Shown here: piece by piece, positions 12,211-24,302 of the stretch
How the letters are laid out: each line of letters begins with the position of its first letter
How positions within the stretch are numbered: position 1 is the first letter of the stretch
NCBI RefSeq assembly: GCF_001194135.2
Contig: NC_068983.1
Coordinates: 72,472,833-72,536,832 of the forward strand
Length of the DNA stretch: 64,000 nucleotides
Direction: 5' to 3'
DNA from: Octopus bimaculoides
Taxonomy: Eukaryota
Made by a program: the position numbers and the translations under genes
The notes under the pieces: model-generated
Told to the model about the DNA's origin: nothing
Databases searched by the model: none
What the model saw: the letters and a program-made list of their open reading frames with translations, nothing else

Positions 12211-12517
12211 AGACACACAGATAGATAGATGCATACATATAGACAGACTGTGAAACACACATACACACAGCATACAACAAAGATAGATAAGGATGCAATT
12301 AATACAAGATAAACACTGGCTTTCTTGAAATTATTTCCACATGCAGAGAAGAGCGAGCAATTGCTTGTTGGCATTTGGGACCAACTTCAAATAAGAAGGG
12401 GAAATAATCTCAACACTCAAAGACTCTCCAAACTTGACAGATTATTAACGAAAAACAGTCTTATTACCTGCACACAAGTAAACAGCTGTGGAAACATGTT
12501 TATACCTCATTAGGTGT

Positions 12518-12643
12518 CTTATTCTTTGTAAGCCTAGTACTTATTCTATCAGTCTCTTTTTGCCAAACCACTAAGTTACGGGGACGTAAACACACCAGCA
12601 TCGGTTGTCAAGCGATGGTGGGGGGACAAATACAGACATACAA

Positions 12644-12696
<53 letters not shown>

Positions 12697-12861
12697 TACG
12701 ACAGGCTTCTTTCCGTTTCCGTCTACCAAATCCACTCATAAGGCTTTGGTCGGCCTGAGGCTATAGTAGAAGACACTTGCCCAAGGTGCCACGCAGTGGG
12801 ACTGAACCCGGAACCATGTGGTTGGTAAGCAAGCTACTTACCTCACAGCTACTCCTGCGCC
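12518..12861 (-). mobile_element. Near-complete young copy of the major SINE (tRNA-like head, internal (TA)/(CA) tract)
   Basis: Minus-strand head ggcgcaggagtagctgtgaggtaagtagcttgcttaccaaccacatggttccgggttcagtcccactgcgtggcaccttgggcaag with A/B-box-like motifs. CpGs retained. Confidence 0.9.
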
Positions 12862-13499
12862 ATATACAGAAAAGAGAAGATACTTATAGTGAGGGTAACC
12901 AAAACCATGTGGTTGCAAACTGAGCTTTTTAATCATACAGCTTCTTAAACACCTATATATGTGTTTGTGTGTATATGCATGTGTGTGTGTGAACATGTGT
13001 GTGTGTGTAGGTGTGTGTGTGAGTGAGTAGTACTATTACAACAGAAAAATGTTGGTGTAAGTAATATATTTCCCATCATTCTAGATATAAAATTTTACAA
13101 ATTTGAAAAATATGCCAGACTTCATCCAACTTCATTACTATATTAGTTAATTTAGTTAGTGTGTAGTGTACTTATTTAAAAAATAAACATTGGTGTGGGA
13201 ATCAATATCTCTTAACATCCAAGAATAGCATCTTTGTCATTATTGTTTTAACATCCACTTTTCTATACTTGCATGGGTTAGACAATTTGTTGAAGTAGAT
13301 TTTCTATGGCTGGATGCCCTTCCTGTCTCCTACCTATTTCCAAGTAAAGTAATACTTACTCATAGCCTGACATGTTTTCATGGAAGACTAGAAATGAAGA
13401 ACTTTTTTGTATGACAGTGACACTCATTTAAACTAACACATGATGTCAAAGTTGGGAGACACTAAAACACATATGTATATATGTATGTGTATACGTGCA

Positions 13500-13680
13500 T
13501 GTATGTGTGTGTGGGCTTCTTTCAATTTCCAAGTACCAAATCCACTTACAAAGGTTTGGTTAGCTCAGGGATACAGTAGAAGGTGCATACGGGGCCTTGG
13601 GCAAGTGTCTACTTGGGGCTAAACCCTAAACCATATGGCCAGAAAGCAAACTTCTGAATTACACAGCCATGCCTGAATTT
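13500..13680 (-). mobile_element. Diverged 5' half of the major SINE
   Basis: gggcttctttcaatttcc...ccaaatccacttacaaaggtttgg matches 12700-12860. Confidence 0.7.
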
Positions 13681-13699
13681 GTGTCAACACACAATTACA

Positions 13700-13749
<50 letters not shown>

Positions 13750-13755
13750 GAATGT

Positions 13756-14283
13756 TGAATTTGACCTGTGAAGTCTGCTCATTATGAACTTTTGGACACA
13801 CTTGTGTGGAGGGAGTAAAAAACTTTTTTCAAAATGTATGTGAATTTGACCTGTGGATGTCTGTTTACTTATGAACTTCGGATGTACTTGTGTGAGGGAA
13901 GTAAAGGACTTTTTTCAAATATTTTTCAAATATTAAAAAAAAAATTTATTTTTATTTTTTAAAAATATTTTAATCATCTGATAAAACTTTTTTAGTCGGT
14001 TGATATTTATTTTATTTTTACCTTTACTTATTTTATATTTGTCTATTAAGTTTTTTGGTAGTTTTTGAATTTTTAGCCATTTATATTTAATATTTTTGAT
14101 TGGCTGTTCTATTTGTATTTTATTCGATTATATACTTTTACCTTCTGTAATTTTATGTATATGTATTATTTTTATGTGTTTGAGAACCATGGTGATTTTT
14201 ATATATGATTAAATGTTTGAGGGGTGGTGATGTATGTAAAGTTGTTGACCCATATTTAATGTTTGTTCTATAACCAATGCTTC
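13756..14283 (-). mobile_element. Penelope-like element 3' remnant with an 85-bp tandem duplication
   Basis: Minus frame EALVIEQTLNMGQQ at 14283-14242 (PLE EALxI...LN-like). T-rich tail on the plus strand. Direct repeat units begin tgaatttgacctgtg at 13756 and 13841. Confidence 0.5.
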
Positions 14284-14699
14284 TTTATATATACATGTAT
14301 ATATATATATACATTATTTCAAGACATTTATACATAAGCAGAGAACTCAAACTAATAGAGAAAGTATAAACATATTAAGTAAATAATACACTGAAATATA
14401 AACAAAGAATATATTTTAAATATACATTATATCTATATATATAATATCTGAATAAGCCACAGACCTAACAAAACTGAAAACTAGTTTGAATAAATTACAG
14501 CTTATATTATTAGACTTTGCACATGTATTGAGTCCTTTATTCAATCAAATCTTGTTGTTTTGTACACATAAAGATACTAACTTTTATATGCGTGCATGTG
14601 TGCATGCACACGCACACACACACACACATACATATAACAAGCCCTTCATATATTTTAACATGTATATATACATATAATGATTGCTTCATCTTGTCAGAT

Positions 14700-14885
14700 G
14701 ACAGACATTTCATTATTCATAAAATGAGGTGATGAGACAACTATACATCAATGGATTTAGAGTGATATATGTTGTGTTGGATTATAGTGACATCTATGAC
14801 ACCTGTCACTCTCTAAATCTCCATCATGAAATATCCAGTGACAAGCAAGAACAAGATTACCAGAATCATTTTCAAATACACATTT
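14700..14885 (-). mobile_element. Possible piggyBac transposase remnant
   Basis: Minus-strand pieces LKMILVILFLLVTGYF and, after a frameshift, LHFMNNENV resemble PGBD motifs (FLGILLLSGY ... LHFxDN). Multiple stops. Confidence 0.3.
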
Positions 14886-15859
14886 TTCAAAGAGAGCCTT
14901 TCTCCCAGACTTTTCCAATAAAAGTACAAAAGTCAGTAGGAGTTTGATTTTTTCTTTTAGTTTTCTTTCTCCAAGTGGTTTTATCATGTACCCAACCACA
15001 AAACTGAGTATTTTTACACCCAAATGCAATATATTTATGTATAGGTAGATATAGTAAGGTTTTCTTGTAACAGTTTTCCATCTCATAGAGAATCTGTGAG
15101 CCAAAACTAAAGAACTTCTATCTGCCCATGAGTTGAGTTAATCTACATCAGACACCAACCTAGCATTTATTCCTAGAAAAACATATAGAAACAATTCTCT
15201 AGACTGAACTATCTAGAATACTCATTATTTTCTTCTTTAACATTTCTAAATCACACTTGTTTACAAATGTGAAGATGTTTTGTGTATTTTTATCTCTTTA
15301 TAATAATTAATGCTATATTTTAATTTCTTTTTCTTCATGTTTTTCTTTTTCTTTTTGTGGACGTTTTTACAATATACTTTTATTTTCTTAATTTAGATAA
15401 AGAATTGGAATAACATGTATGAAGGCTTCAAATAGCTCCCATTTAAACTCTTTCAGTTCCATTACTATTTGCATGGGAATTATTCAGTGAGTTTGAAGTA
15501 TTTCATTTCAATTGTATAAAGAAACAAAGCACTGGTTCATTATAAAATAATATACTTCACATGGTGAGTGGATTGTGGGTAAAACACTTTTTCATTATTC
15601 TGTCACATCCCTTTATGTCTCAAGTTCAAATCCCATCAAATTTTATAAACTCTGCCTTTCATCCTTTCAAGGTTGACTAATGAATTATGAATTGATAAAA
15701 TAAGTGTTAAAATAATATAAATGACAATACCCTAGAAGGCAGCACCCCATCATAGATACAGTTCAATGAGTGAAACTATGAAAGAATATAAAAAATATAA
15801 TCAGTTAGCCCACACTTTGCATAATGCATGCAATGCATTGGGAGAAAATTGCATATTTT

Positions 15860-16016
15860 TGTATTATTGATCAACTGTGCCTTTCATCCTTTTAAGGGAC
15901 AATAAAATAAGTTCCAGTTGGGCAATGGGGTTGATGTAACTGACTTGCATCACCCACTGAAATTGGTGGCCTTGTACCAAAATTTCAAACCATTATTATA
16001 ATTATTAAGATTATTA

Positions 16017-16050
<34 letters not shown>
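15860..16050 (+). mobile_element. SINE 3' part (cctttcatcctt core) with an expanded (ATT)n tail
   Basis: gcctttcatccttttaaggg...aaaataagttccagt...ggccttgtaccaaaatttcaaacc followed by (att)n. Confidence 0.75.
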
Positions 16051-16051
<1 letters not shown>

Positions 16052-16365
16052 GAGTGAGAGAGCAGTGCATGCCATCAAAGTGACACTAGGGTACAAATAT
16101 ACGAAGCCCAGTATATCCATCATGACAAACCGTCTCATAAGGGCACACTAGGCACATGCGTCACAACCATATGTGCACGACACAGTGATTTCATATCAAG
16201 ATAAACAGTGCATGACTTTGCAGGTGGGGCCCAGTTAGAATTTTCTTCAGGTTGAGTAGCCCATCCTTCTCAAAAGGTCCCTGAATATGAGTTGTTTAAG
16301 GATGTTGAACGAAACACCCATGTTTCCAAAGGTGAATTATCCAACCTCTCAAGAATTCCTTTCAA
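16051..16365 (-). mobile_element. Non-coding repeat abutting an (AAT)n tract; read as one end of an (AAT)n-associated non-autonomous element
   Basis: Begins tgagtgagagagcagtgcatgcc directly after (att)n. Its distal end (ggtgaattatccaacc...caagaattcc) overlaps weakly, in reverse, with the end of the 32122-32385 segment. Family membership is partly from recall. Confidence 0.55.
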
Positions 16366-16829
16366 GAAATGGAAGGCCTATTTCCAGTTGAGGCTGGAAA
16401 TAGAGAATTCCTTGCCCAATTAGAAAGGAGAATGCTTACACCCACTAAAATGAGAGGAAAAGAAAATAAAGCAGGAGAAAGAGCTTCTTCGTGGTTATGG
16501 AGCAAGACAGAAAAGTATAGCTGAAAGCTGCAAGAAGCTTTTGAACACTAATTTGGCCACCACTGCTGACCTACTAGGGGGAAAGTGTGTGTGTGTGTTT
16601 ATGTGTGTGCATACGTGAGCATGCATGTCTGTGTGCGTATGTATGTGTGCGTGTATGTATATATATTTATATGTATATATGTCAACATTTATGTACATGT
16701 ATTTATATGTGTGCACGTGTGTGTATATATATATATATTTTTATCCATATATATGTGTCTATACATATATCCATATACATATATGTATATATTTTATGTA
16801 TATATTTATATGTGTGTGCATGTATATAA

Positions 16830-16869
<40 letters not shown>

Positions 16870-18099
16870 ATATGTATGTATATGCATAATACACAAACAG
16901 GCATATATATCTATATATGCACCAAATCTATATTTGAAAAAGTAAAAAATGTATTGAAAAGAAAAAATACTTTTAAAAAGATCCTGTTTTCCTTGAAATA
17001 GCTTAAATAAGGCCCAGAATAAATATATAGAATCAATTCTCTAGTTGAAACTATGTTGAACAGTTTGTTATTGCTTTGCTTAACATATCTAAATCATATT
17101 TGCTTTGCAAATATGATACTGTTTTGTTTATTTTTATCCCCTTTATAATAATTAGCAGTGTTTTTCCATTTCTATATATGTCTGAAATTTTGTAGATAAT
17201 TTTTCTCCTTTATTTTTGTGAATAGTTTTCAATATTCCCACCCCACCTTTTTTATTTGGATAAATAATTGAAATAACTTCTATGAAAGCTACAAATATAT
17301 TCCATTTAAACCCTTTACAGCTCCATTATTGTTTGCATAGAAGCTACTCAATGAGTTCTCTAACATTTCATTTCAGCTATGTGAAGAAATGTAGCATGTA
17401 TGTATTATGCTTAAATTAAAGACTTCATATGGCAAATGGAATGTATGAATAGGTAGTATATTGGGAAATATACATTTTCAGTGTTTGTTTACATTCATTT
17501 ATGTTCTCAGTTCAAATCCCAACCATGTCAACTTCGCCTTTCTTCTTTCTGAAGTTAATCAAATAAATGAATTACTAAGGTGTGACTGTGTGGTTCAGAG
17601 GCTCACTTTGCGACCATGTGATTTCATGTTCAGCCCCACTGCACAGCACCTTCGGCAGGTGTAGAATACCATTATGCATGTGTATTATGTCTTTGTGCTC
17701 ATGTTTGACCCCCACCACTCCACCAATTGGCAATCAGTGCTGGTTTGTTTGCATAACTTAGCAGCTTTGCAAAAGAGAATGATTACCAGACTTAAAAAGG
17801 AAAAAGTAAAATAAGCTCTGGGATCAATTTGTTTAAATAAAAATCCTCTAAGGTGGTTCCCTAACATGGACACAATCCAATGACCAAAACAAGTCTAAAG
17901 ACTAAAAGAAAGAAAGTATGAGTTGATAAAATTAAATACAAATTGATAAAATAAGTATTGGAGGTTATATATTCCTTTCATCACAATTGATTACGGCCTT
18001 TATTATGGCTACAGTCTAATGACGGAAACCAGTAAAAGAATGTAAGAATACTGAATGAAATAATAATGAAACACTGGTTTGCAGACTTGTTTTTTAGTA

Positions 18100-18658
18100 T
18101 CAGGTCATCCCGTAAGTTCTGTCCAAATTTTGAATAAAGAAAACAAGTGATCAAATGTTATATTTAATTGAAATTTAATTATCAATGTACTTTCCCTGAT
18201 TATCTATGACTTACTTCCATCTATTTACAAGTTTTTTAATCCCATCAATGTAAAATTCTTTTGGTTTTAAAGCAAAGAACTCTGAAATGTCAGTTTCGAC
18301 CTCCTCCTGGCTTGTGAAAGTTATGACCCCAAATGATTCTGTAAACTACGAAACAAATGGTAGTCTGAATGAGCAAGGTTGGGAGAATAAGGTGGATGAG
18401 GAATTGTTTCCCAACCAAGCTCTTCGATCTTTTGTGATGTGATCTTTGCAGTGTGGGGTCACGCATTGTCCTGATGAAACATCACTCCTTTTTGATTCCC
18501 TAAAGCAGGTCTTTTTTCTTTCAAAGCTTGGTTCAAATGCTCTAATTGCTGACAGTTGACTTGAGCATTGATTGTTGCATTAGACGTTCTAAAATACTAT
18601 TAAATATCATTCAATTTTAAAAAAGGTAAAATTGGACAGAACTTATGGGATAACTTGA
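18100..18658 (-). mobile_element. Internally deleted DD34D mariner with both TIRs
   Basis: TA|tcaggtcatcccgtaagttctgtcc ... ggacagaacttatgggataacttga|TA. Minus frame FHQDNA*PHTAKITSQKIEELGWETIPHPPYSPNLAHSDYHLFRSLQNHL. Confidence 0.92.
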
Positions 18659-18757
18659 TATATCAAGCTTTTGTGTTCTTTACAGATTCTAATACACCTC
18701 AGAAATTGAAAGCTCTTACGACTGATCATGTTCAATCATAAAATATATGACATTACT

Positions 18758-18808
<51 letters not shown>

Positions 18809-18861
18809 TATATAGTGTATATACAGCATCTTATAATCATGATATCACAAACACATATTAC

Positions 18862-18996
18862 TAGATTCTTTATCAACAACAACTCAAATTGACATTCAAA
18901 CATTTGTAAAACAACACTGATTCGATCAACAAGTAAGGTGCAGTGTTGTTTTACAAATGTCTGAATGTCTAATATGAGTTGTGATTAAAGAATCTA
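18862..18996. other. Long near-perfect inverted repeat (hairpin), ~57-bp arms, 21-nt loop
   Basis: Inner stem 18891-18919 pairs with 18941-18969 at 28/29 positions. The outer stem continues imperfectly to tagattcttt/aaagaatcta. Confidence 0.9.
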
Positions 18997-21454
18997 ATTT
19001 TTCAAAATATTAAGCCCATCTTTAGAGATGAAAGGATTTTTCATTATTTAGATTCACACTACGTTGCAAGTAGTTTGATTTTCAGTCATCATTTGTTTTA
19101 TTTTTGGATGTTTACTTAGTACTTGACTGTTTTGAACAAGTTCATCTCTAAAGATGAGATTAATTTTCTAAAAAATCTTGTATCTTATTTTATGAAGTTG
19201 GCAAAGCAGAGCCATACCTGCACATATTTTACATGTTGGAAAACATGTTATTAAGACAAAAAAGGCTTGTAAATCAAAAATGCAGAGCAGTAAGCTGAAA
19301 GAGCTATTTAGCATTGATTTCAAATTCTTGTTTCATCAGTTTTAATTGATACCCAAGACTTCTTGCCATTGTTATTCAGCCCTAGATCAACCCCTATTTG
19401 ATGCACTTATGATAAAAAGCATTCAAATTGTGACTATCCAGTCTATTTTTCTCTTTTTTCTTTTACCAGAGAGTGTATTTTGGTCAACATTATTCGATAT
19501 TTCCTTCTCTAGGACAGTAGGATGTGATACAAGAGAGATTTCATTATTCATAGCAGGTTGAGCAACCAGGTAGCGTCTTCCTTGCTAGCTTGTCCAAAGT
19601 TTTGCTTTCTTATCTGGTAGAAATTCAACACTGGGCTAACTATCTAATTATTTGCTTATATATATGTATATATATATATATTGCACATTTGCATGGTGTT
19701 TGTGGGGTTGCTATATCACATGTTCAGCAATGTCATTTTCTATCAGCATTGGTTGTTATTGATTTGATAGTTCAGTAGGAAGCATAAGGATCTTTTTTTT
19801 TTTTTTGACATGGTTAAATACAGAATTGGTGTATACATGTGCCAGTCACAAGACCAGGAAATAGTCACTGTGTAGTTGGCAGTACACAAGCAACTTGCCA
19901 AGCTAACATTCAAGAGCGTGCTAGCAGCAAGCAAAATGGGAATCAGTACAGCAGCATGCTTCTGCAGTTTCTCTACCACCACTACTGCCATATCATGGAA
20001 AGGGTAGGAACATCACTTGCTGAAAAAGGCTAACTCAGAACAGGTACAGGCTAAAAGAATCCAAATGTTTAATTGAAATTAAGTGACATGTAGATTTCCA
20101 CAGGTATAATGGGATTTTTGCTTTATGTTCAAAATGTCAAAGTAAAGAAATTCAACAGAGTATAGGTAAATATTAAATCAAATTATGACTCTTAAGATAA
20201 CCAGTCATTCCTGGTGCACCACCTTCAAACATACAGAACCAAACTAAAATACAAACTCCATTAGAACTAGTTAAATAATCTTAACAAATCTACTACTGAA
20301 CAACTCACAATTAATTTTAGAGTGAGATTCAAGTGAGATGTGGCTACAGTTCTTAGAAGGATGAGTGACTATGTAGAAGCTTCTTCAGTGGCCTGTAGGT
20401 GAACAAAAGTTTGGATATAGTTTCTTAAGTGAAATCTATTTCAAGCATACAATCTCAGCTAGTTTTAACTATCACAATGAATGAAAAAAAGAAAAAAAGA
20501 AAGAAAGATCTTTTCAATCAGAGCTGACCTGAGGCTAAATAACAACAAAACAGCAACATACCAAAATACTAAGTTCATTGCCTCTCCAGTCTGAAATAGG
20601 CAGAGCTCAAACTTTATGCCAGGAGTAATTGTCTCTCAAATTTAAAAATGTTATTAAAATGAGCCAATGAAGGAAACTTACATGATCGCTCAACCTGCTA
20701 CAAATAGCATACAGTGGATAATGAAGTCCTGGGTTACATTATGTCTGAATATGAGATAGGATGGTCATGATTGGAATGCTTTTGATCAAAGTGTAGGTCT
20801 GTTCAATCACAGCTAACTTTAGCTAAAACATTATTAAAACTTCTGGTAAACATAGAAATTTTTCTAACTGATCGCCTCCCTCCTACAGGCAAACACTGCA
20901 TAAAGACATGAGCAATATGATCTAAAATGAGATTATCAAAACACAACATATTCAGTGTGCTGACCTTGTGCATTACTCCCAAACAGTGAATTGTCAACTT
21001 CTACTTTTCTCGGGCCAAAAGACTGATAGGAATGAGGCTTGTTGAAACAGTTGTAATTATATATCAGTCATTGAACAAATGTTGTCTTTTCCTCACTACA
21101 AAATTATTTTTAATTAGATTTTTTTATGCCTACTGTATTAAATATATATAACACTAACTTAACTATTATTATCCAAGTAGACGCCATTATCTCTAAGTAT
21201 TTAACCTCAGTGTTTTATTTATTTTTCTTTTAATGTGCTGATTTTTCACACTTGCTCATGTGCAATATTGTACATTTACCGAGTGATTCTCTCATTGCTG
21301 TTTCAATGAATGTAGTGGGGTCTATCCATCAGGGGTATTATCTGGAGTTATCCACCATACTTGTTGAAATTATTAAAATATTATCAGTCTCTGATCTCAT
21401 GACTTTTCTTCACTACATAAGTATTTCTAGGTTCCTGATTATCTTTTATTTTTT

Positions 21455-22640
21455 ACTTGTTTCAGTCATAGCACTGCAGCCATGCTGGGTCACCATCTTT
21501 CAGGGTTTAGTCAAACAAATCAACCCCAGTACTTACAGGGTGTTCAGGCTAAATTTGGCTATATTTTATAACTCCTTTCTTCGAGAATAGCTTGATGTAC
21601 TGGTGAACAGTTGATGGTATTGGAGAGTATAAAGATTAAAGTTGTAGTTGAGAAAAAGTTAGCTGACATGCGGAACTGGAAGCCATCTAAATAGTGGAAA
21701 AGAGTTACCTGTATCATGATGATTGACACTGGGTGTCAAAATGCTAACAACATGATTGCTGCTTAATGTTCTGTGAACACTGTAAAGGGTGTAAGACATG
21801 TGAAAACCAAGTTCCCCCAAGCTATGATGGTCTTTGGGTGTATCTCCAGTGAAGGTAACATCATACCATCCCATATCTTTGAACAAGGCTTTTAGCTCAA
21901 TTCAGACAGCTATTTGAAGCTGCTGGAGAATGTGGATAAACCCTGGTTGGAGAGGATTGCTGCTGGAAGGCCAAATGTATGGGAACAGGATTTGGTTCCG
22001 ATACCTCTGGAAAAAGTCAGAAGTGGTTGTCAGAGAATTTCTACGACTTCACCAGCCCCACTTTCTGGCCTCCTATTTCTCCCAATTGTAATCCCATGGA
22101 TCACTATGTGCATGGCTCAGTTGAGAAAGACACCAACCATTCTTCCTGCAACACAAGGCGAAGCTGGTAACCAAAATCAAGGAGGTATTCAAAGATCTTC
22201 CCAGGGACACTGTGAGGAACGCATGCACTAGGCTCCAGAGGCAACTTAGGGCCATAGTGGAAGCTAAGAGTAGCTATTTGAGTAAACTGTTATCTCCCAG
22301 CCATAATCTAATTGATATGTTTTGACTTTTTTTAAATACTTTTATTTTTGGATGAGATATTGTGTTTTCTTTTCCTTTTATGCAAAAGGTCAGATTTACC
22401 CTGAACACCCTGTATTCTACCAATCACCTTTGCCAAACCACTAAGTTATAGAAATGTGAACAAACCAACAACAGTTGTCAAGCAGTGGTGGGGACAAACA
22501 CAAAGACACACAGATACTTACATATATATCACAGGCTTCTTTCAGTTTCCATCAGCCTGAAGCTGTAGTAGAAGGCACTTGTCCATGGTGCCATACAGTG
22601 GGACTGTGCCCAAAACCATATTGCTGGGAAGCAAGCTTCT
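21455..22640 (-). mobile_element. Major SINE copy split by a mariner insertion (pieces ~21455-21535 and 22413-22640)
   Basis: ...caaccccagtactTA | mariner | TAttctaccaatc...gccaaaccactaagttat rejoins into SINE sequence, apparently with an internal deletion. Confidence 0.75.
21536..22412 (+). mobile_element. Deleted Tc1/mariner element, maT/DD37D-like, with TIRs and TA TSD
   Basis: TA|cagggtgttcaggctaaatttggc ... gtcagatttaccctgaacaccctg|TA. Frameshifted transposase MVFGCISSEG...LKLLENVDKPWLERIAAGRPNVWEQD...SQKWLSENFYDFTSPTFWPPISPNCNPMDHYV. D-to-D spacing is 37 if a 2-nt deletion is restored. Confidence 0.92.
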
Positions 22641-24234
22641 TACCCAAATCATATAATGACTTTGCTGAATTAAGAAAGTCATTAGTGTGTCAAAAAGAAT
22701 ACTACCACCATAGTCTAGTTAGGCGACAGACAATCCATTGCCCACTTTAACACTCCTACATAGTACTTCTGGTACCTTTAGTGGGGTCAACTCTACTGCA
22801 AGTATTCAGTCCAGGTTTCTAATTCCACCAGTCTCAGAGGCCCTGTAAAAGGGCCATGAGTACTCCCTTCCCTCCTGACTAAAAGATAAAATAAAATACT
22901 AATACTAAATTATTATTTTTCATGTGGATAGTGTCTCTGAGTAATTAATGTCATTGATTTATTTATTTAGTTATTTAGACATTTTGTACAGAGCTGATCT
23001 AGCAGAGCAGGCTGACTGGAACTCCTTAACAACCAATACATCAGCATTCATGATTTTATCTCTACTTATTTTTTGCGATACAAAAATAGATTAGATTGAT
23101 TTTATACTTTCTTTTTGTATATACACAATACTCTGTAGTCAGAATTAACTAATAATGAAGCTGATATCATTCTATTTTAACAGGAAACTCAATGCAAACA
23201 TATTTAAGAAGCAGAATTGAACAACGAAAACAATGGAAAGTGGAAATATGTAAAGGAAACCCCGAGTGGAATATGATAAAAATAAAAGGAAGGTGGGGGG
23301 GGGGATAGGAGAAGGATGAGGAGTAGCAAACCTACCAACTCCTGTCTGCAAACATATTAAACATGTTCAATCAAGAAGATGAATAAAACTGATAATGGGA
23401 AATAAATCAAAAGTTTTTAGGTTATTAAGAAACACACTACGAAAGGATAATCATAGATATATTAAAAGATATCAGTAAAGAAGACAATTATGTATTTTGT
23501 ATACACATCAAGAAAAGCCTTCAATTATTCATGTCATTGTCAGCCCTGATTAACCATACATATGATCTAAAGCTTTCCAGCTACGACCACCACATCAATT
23601 TTCAGACACTGCCACTAGGTCTACATTATTCAATGTGTAGTTCCCTTTTTTTTTTAATGATTGAATATGATTTAAAGATTTGACTGCTTTTTCTAGCAGG
23701 TCAGGCAACTACATAGAAGTAACCTCAAAATGAAAGCTTCGTTAATTTACTCAACATCTGAAATGTGTTTTCATTGGTCTTTCTTGTTACAATGTTATGA
23801 ATGACCGATATTAACTAGATTTAAGTTAATTTTTAACTACATTTATATATATTTTTTATTTGAAAGGGGGATAATTGATTAACAAAAAGGTATAAAAAAA
23901 ATAGTAAAATAATTTTAAAAAGGCAACAATGAATTATCAAGAAAGTTCATTCATTGATTAGTGGTTCTCAAAAAAAAAAAATTACATAAAAATTAACATC
24001 AAGCTTGTGTTAGAAGAGAGGTTGAAAAGATCAATAAAAGGTCATATAATAAAGACTTAATATCAAATTACACTTTCAAATATTCCATAAATATTTCATG
24101 AATCAACAAAATCAAGAAGGAAGAATTCTCGCACATACATTCCTCTACCAGTATCAACCTATTTAAGGCAAGGTTTATTCAAAAATTATTTCACAATCTT
24201 TGCATAATATCTGAATTAAAAAGAGTCAGTGAAT

Positions 24235-24302
24235 GTGTGTGTGTGAGAGAGAGAGAGAGAAAGAGAGAGAGTGAAAGTGAGTGTGAGAGAGAGAGTGAGA
24301 GA
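24235..24302. repeat. (TG)n-(GA)n compound microsatellite
   Basis: Directly visible. Confidence 0.9.

Noticed and set aside
12345-12477. Plus-strand candidate exon EKSEQLLVGIWDQLQIRRG...
   Set aside because: Weak donor (GTAAAC), no recognisable domain, wedged between SINEs.
19743-20033. Overlapping ORFs on both strands in GC-richer sequence
   Set aside because: No recognisable domain or convincing splice pair; probably old TE debris.
20860-20990. Strong acceptor (ctaac...cctccctcctacAG) on the plus strand
   Set aside because: All three frames stop within ~15 codons and there is no clear donor. A non-coding exon cannot be supported without RNA data.
23179-23244. 66-nt phase-symmetric candidate exon (NSMQTYLRSRIEQRKQWKVEI)
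   Set aside because: Poor donor (GTAAAG) and no homology recognised.
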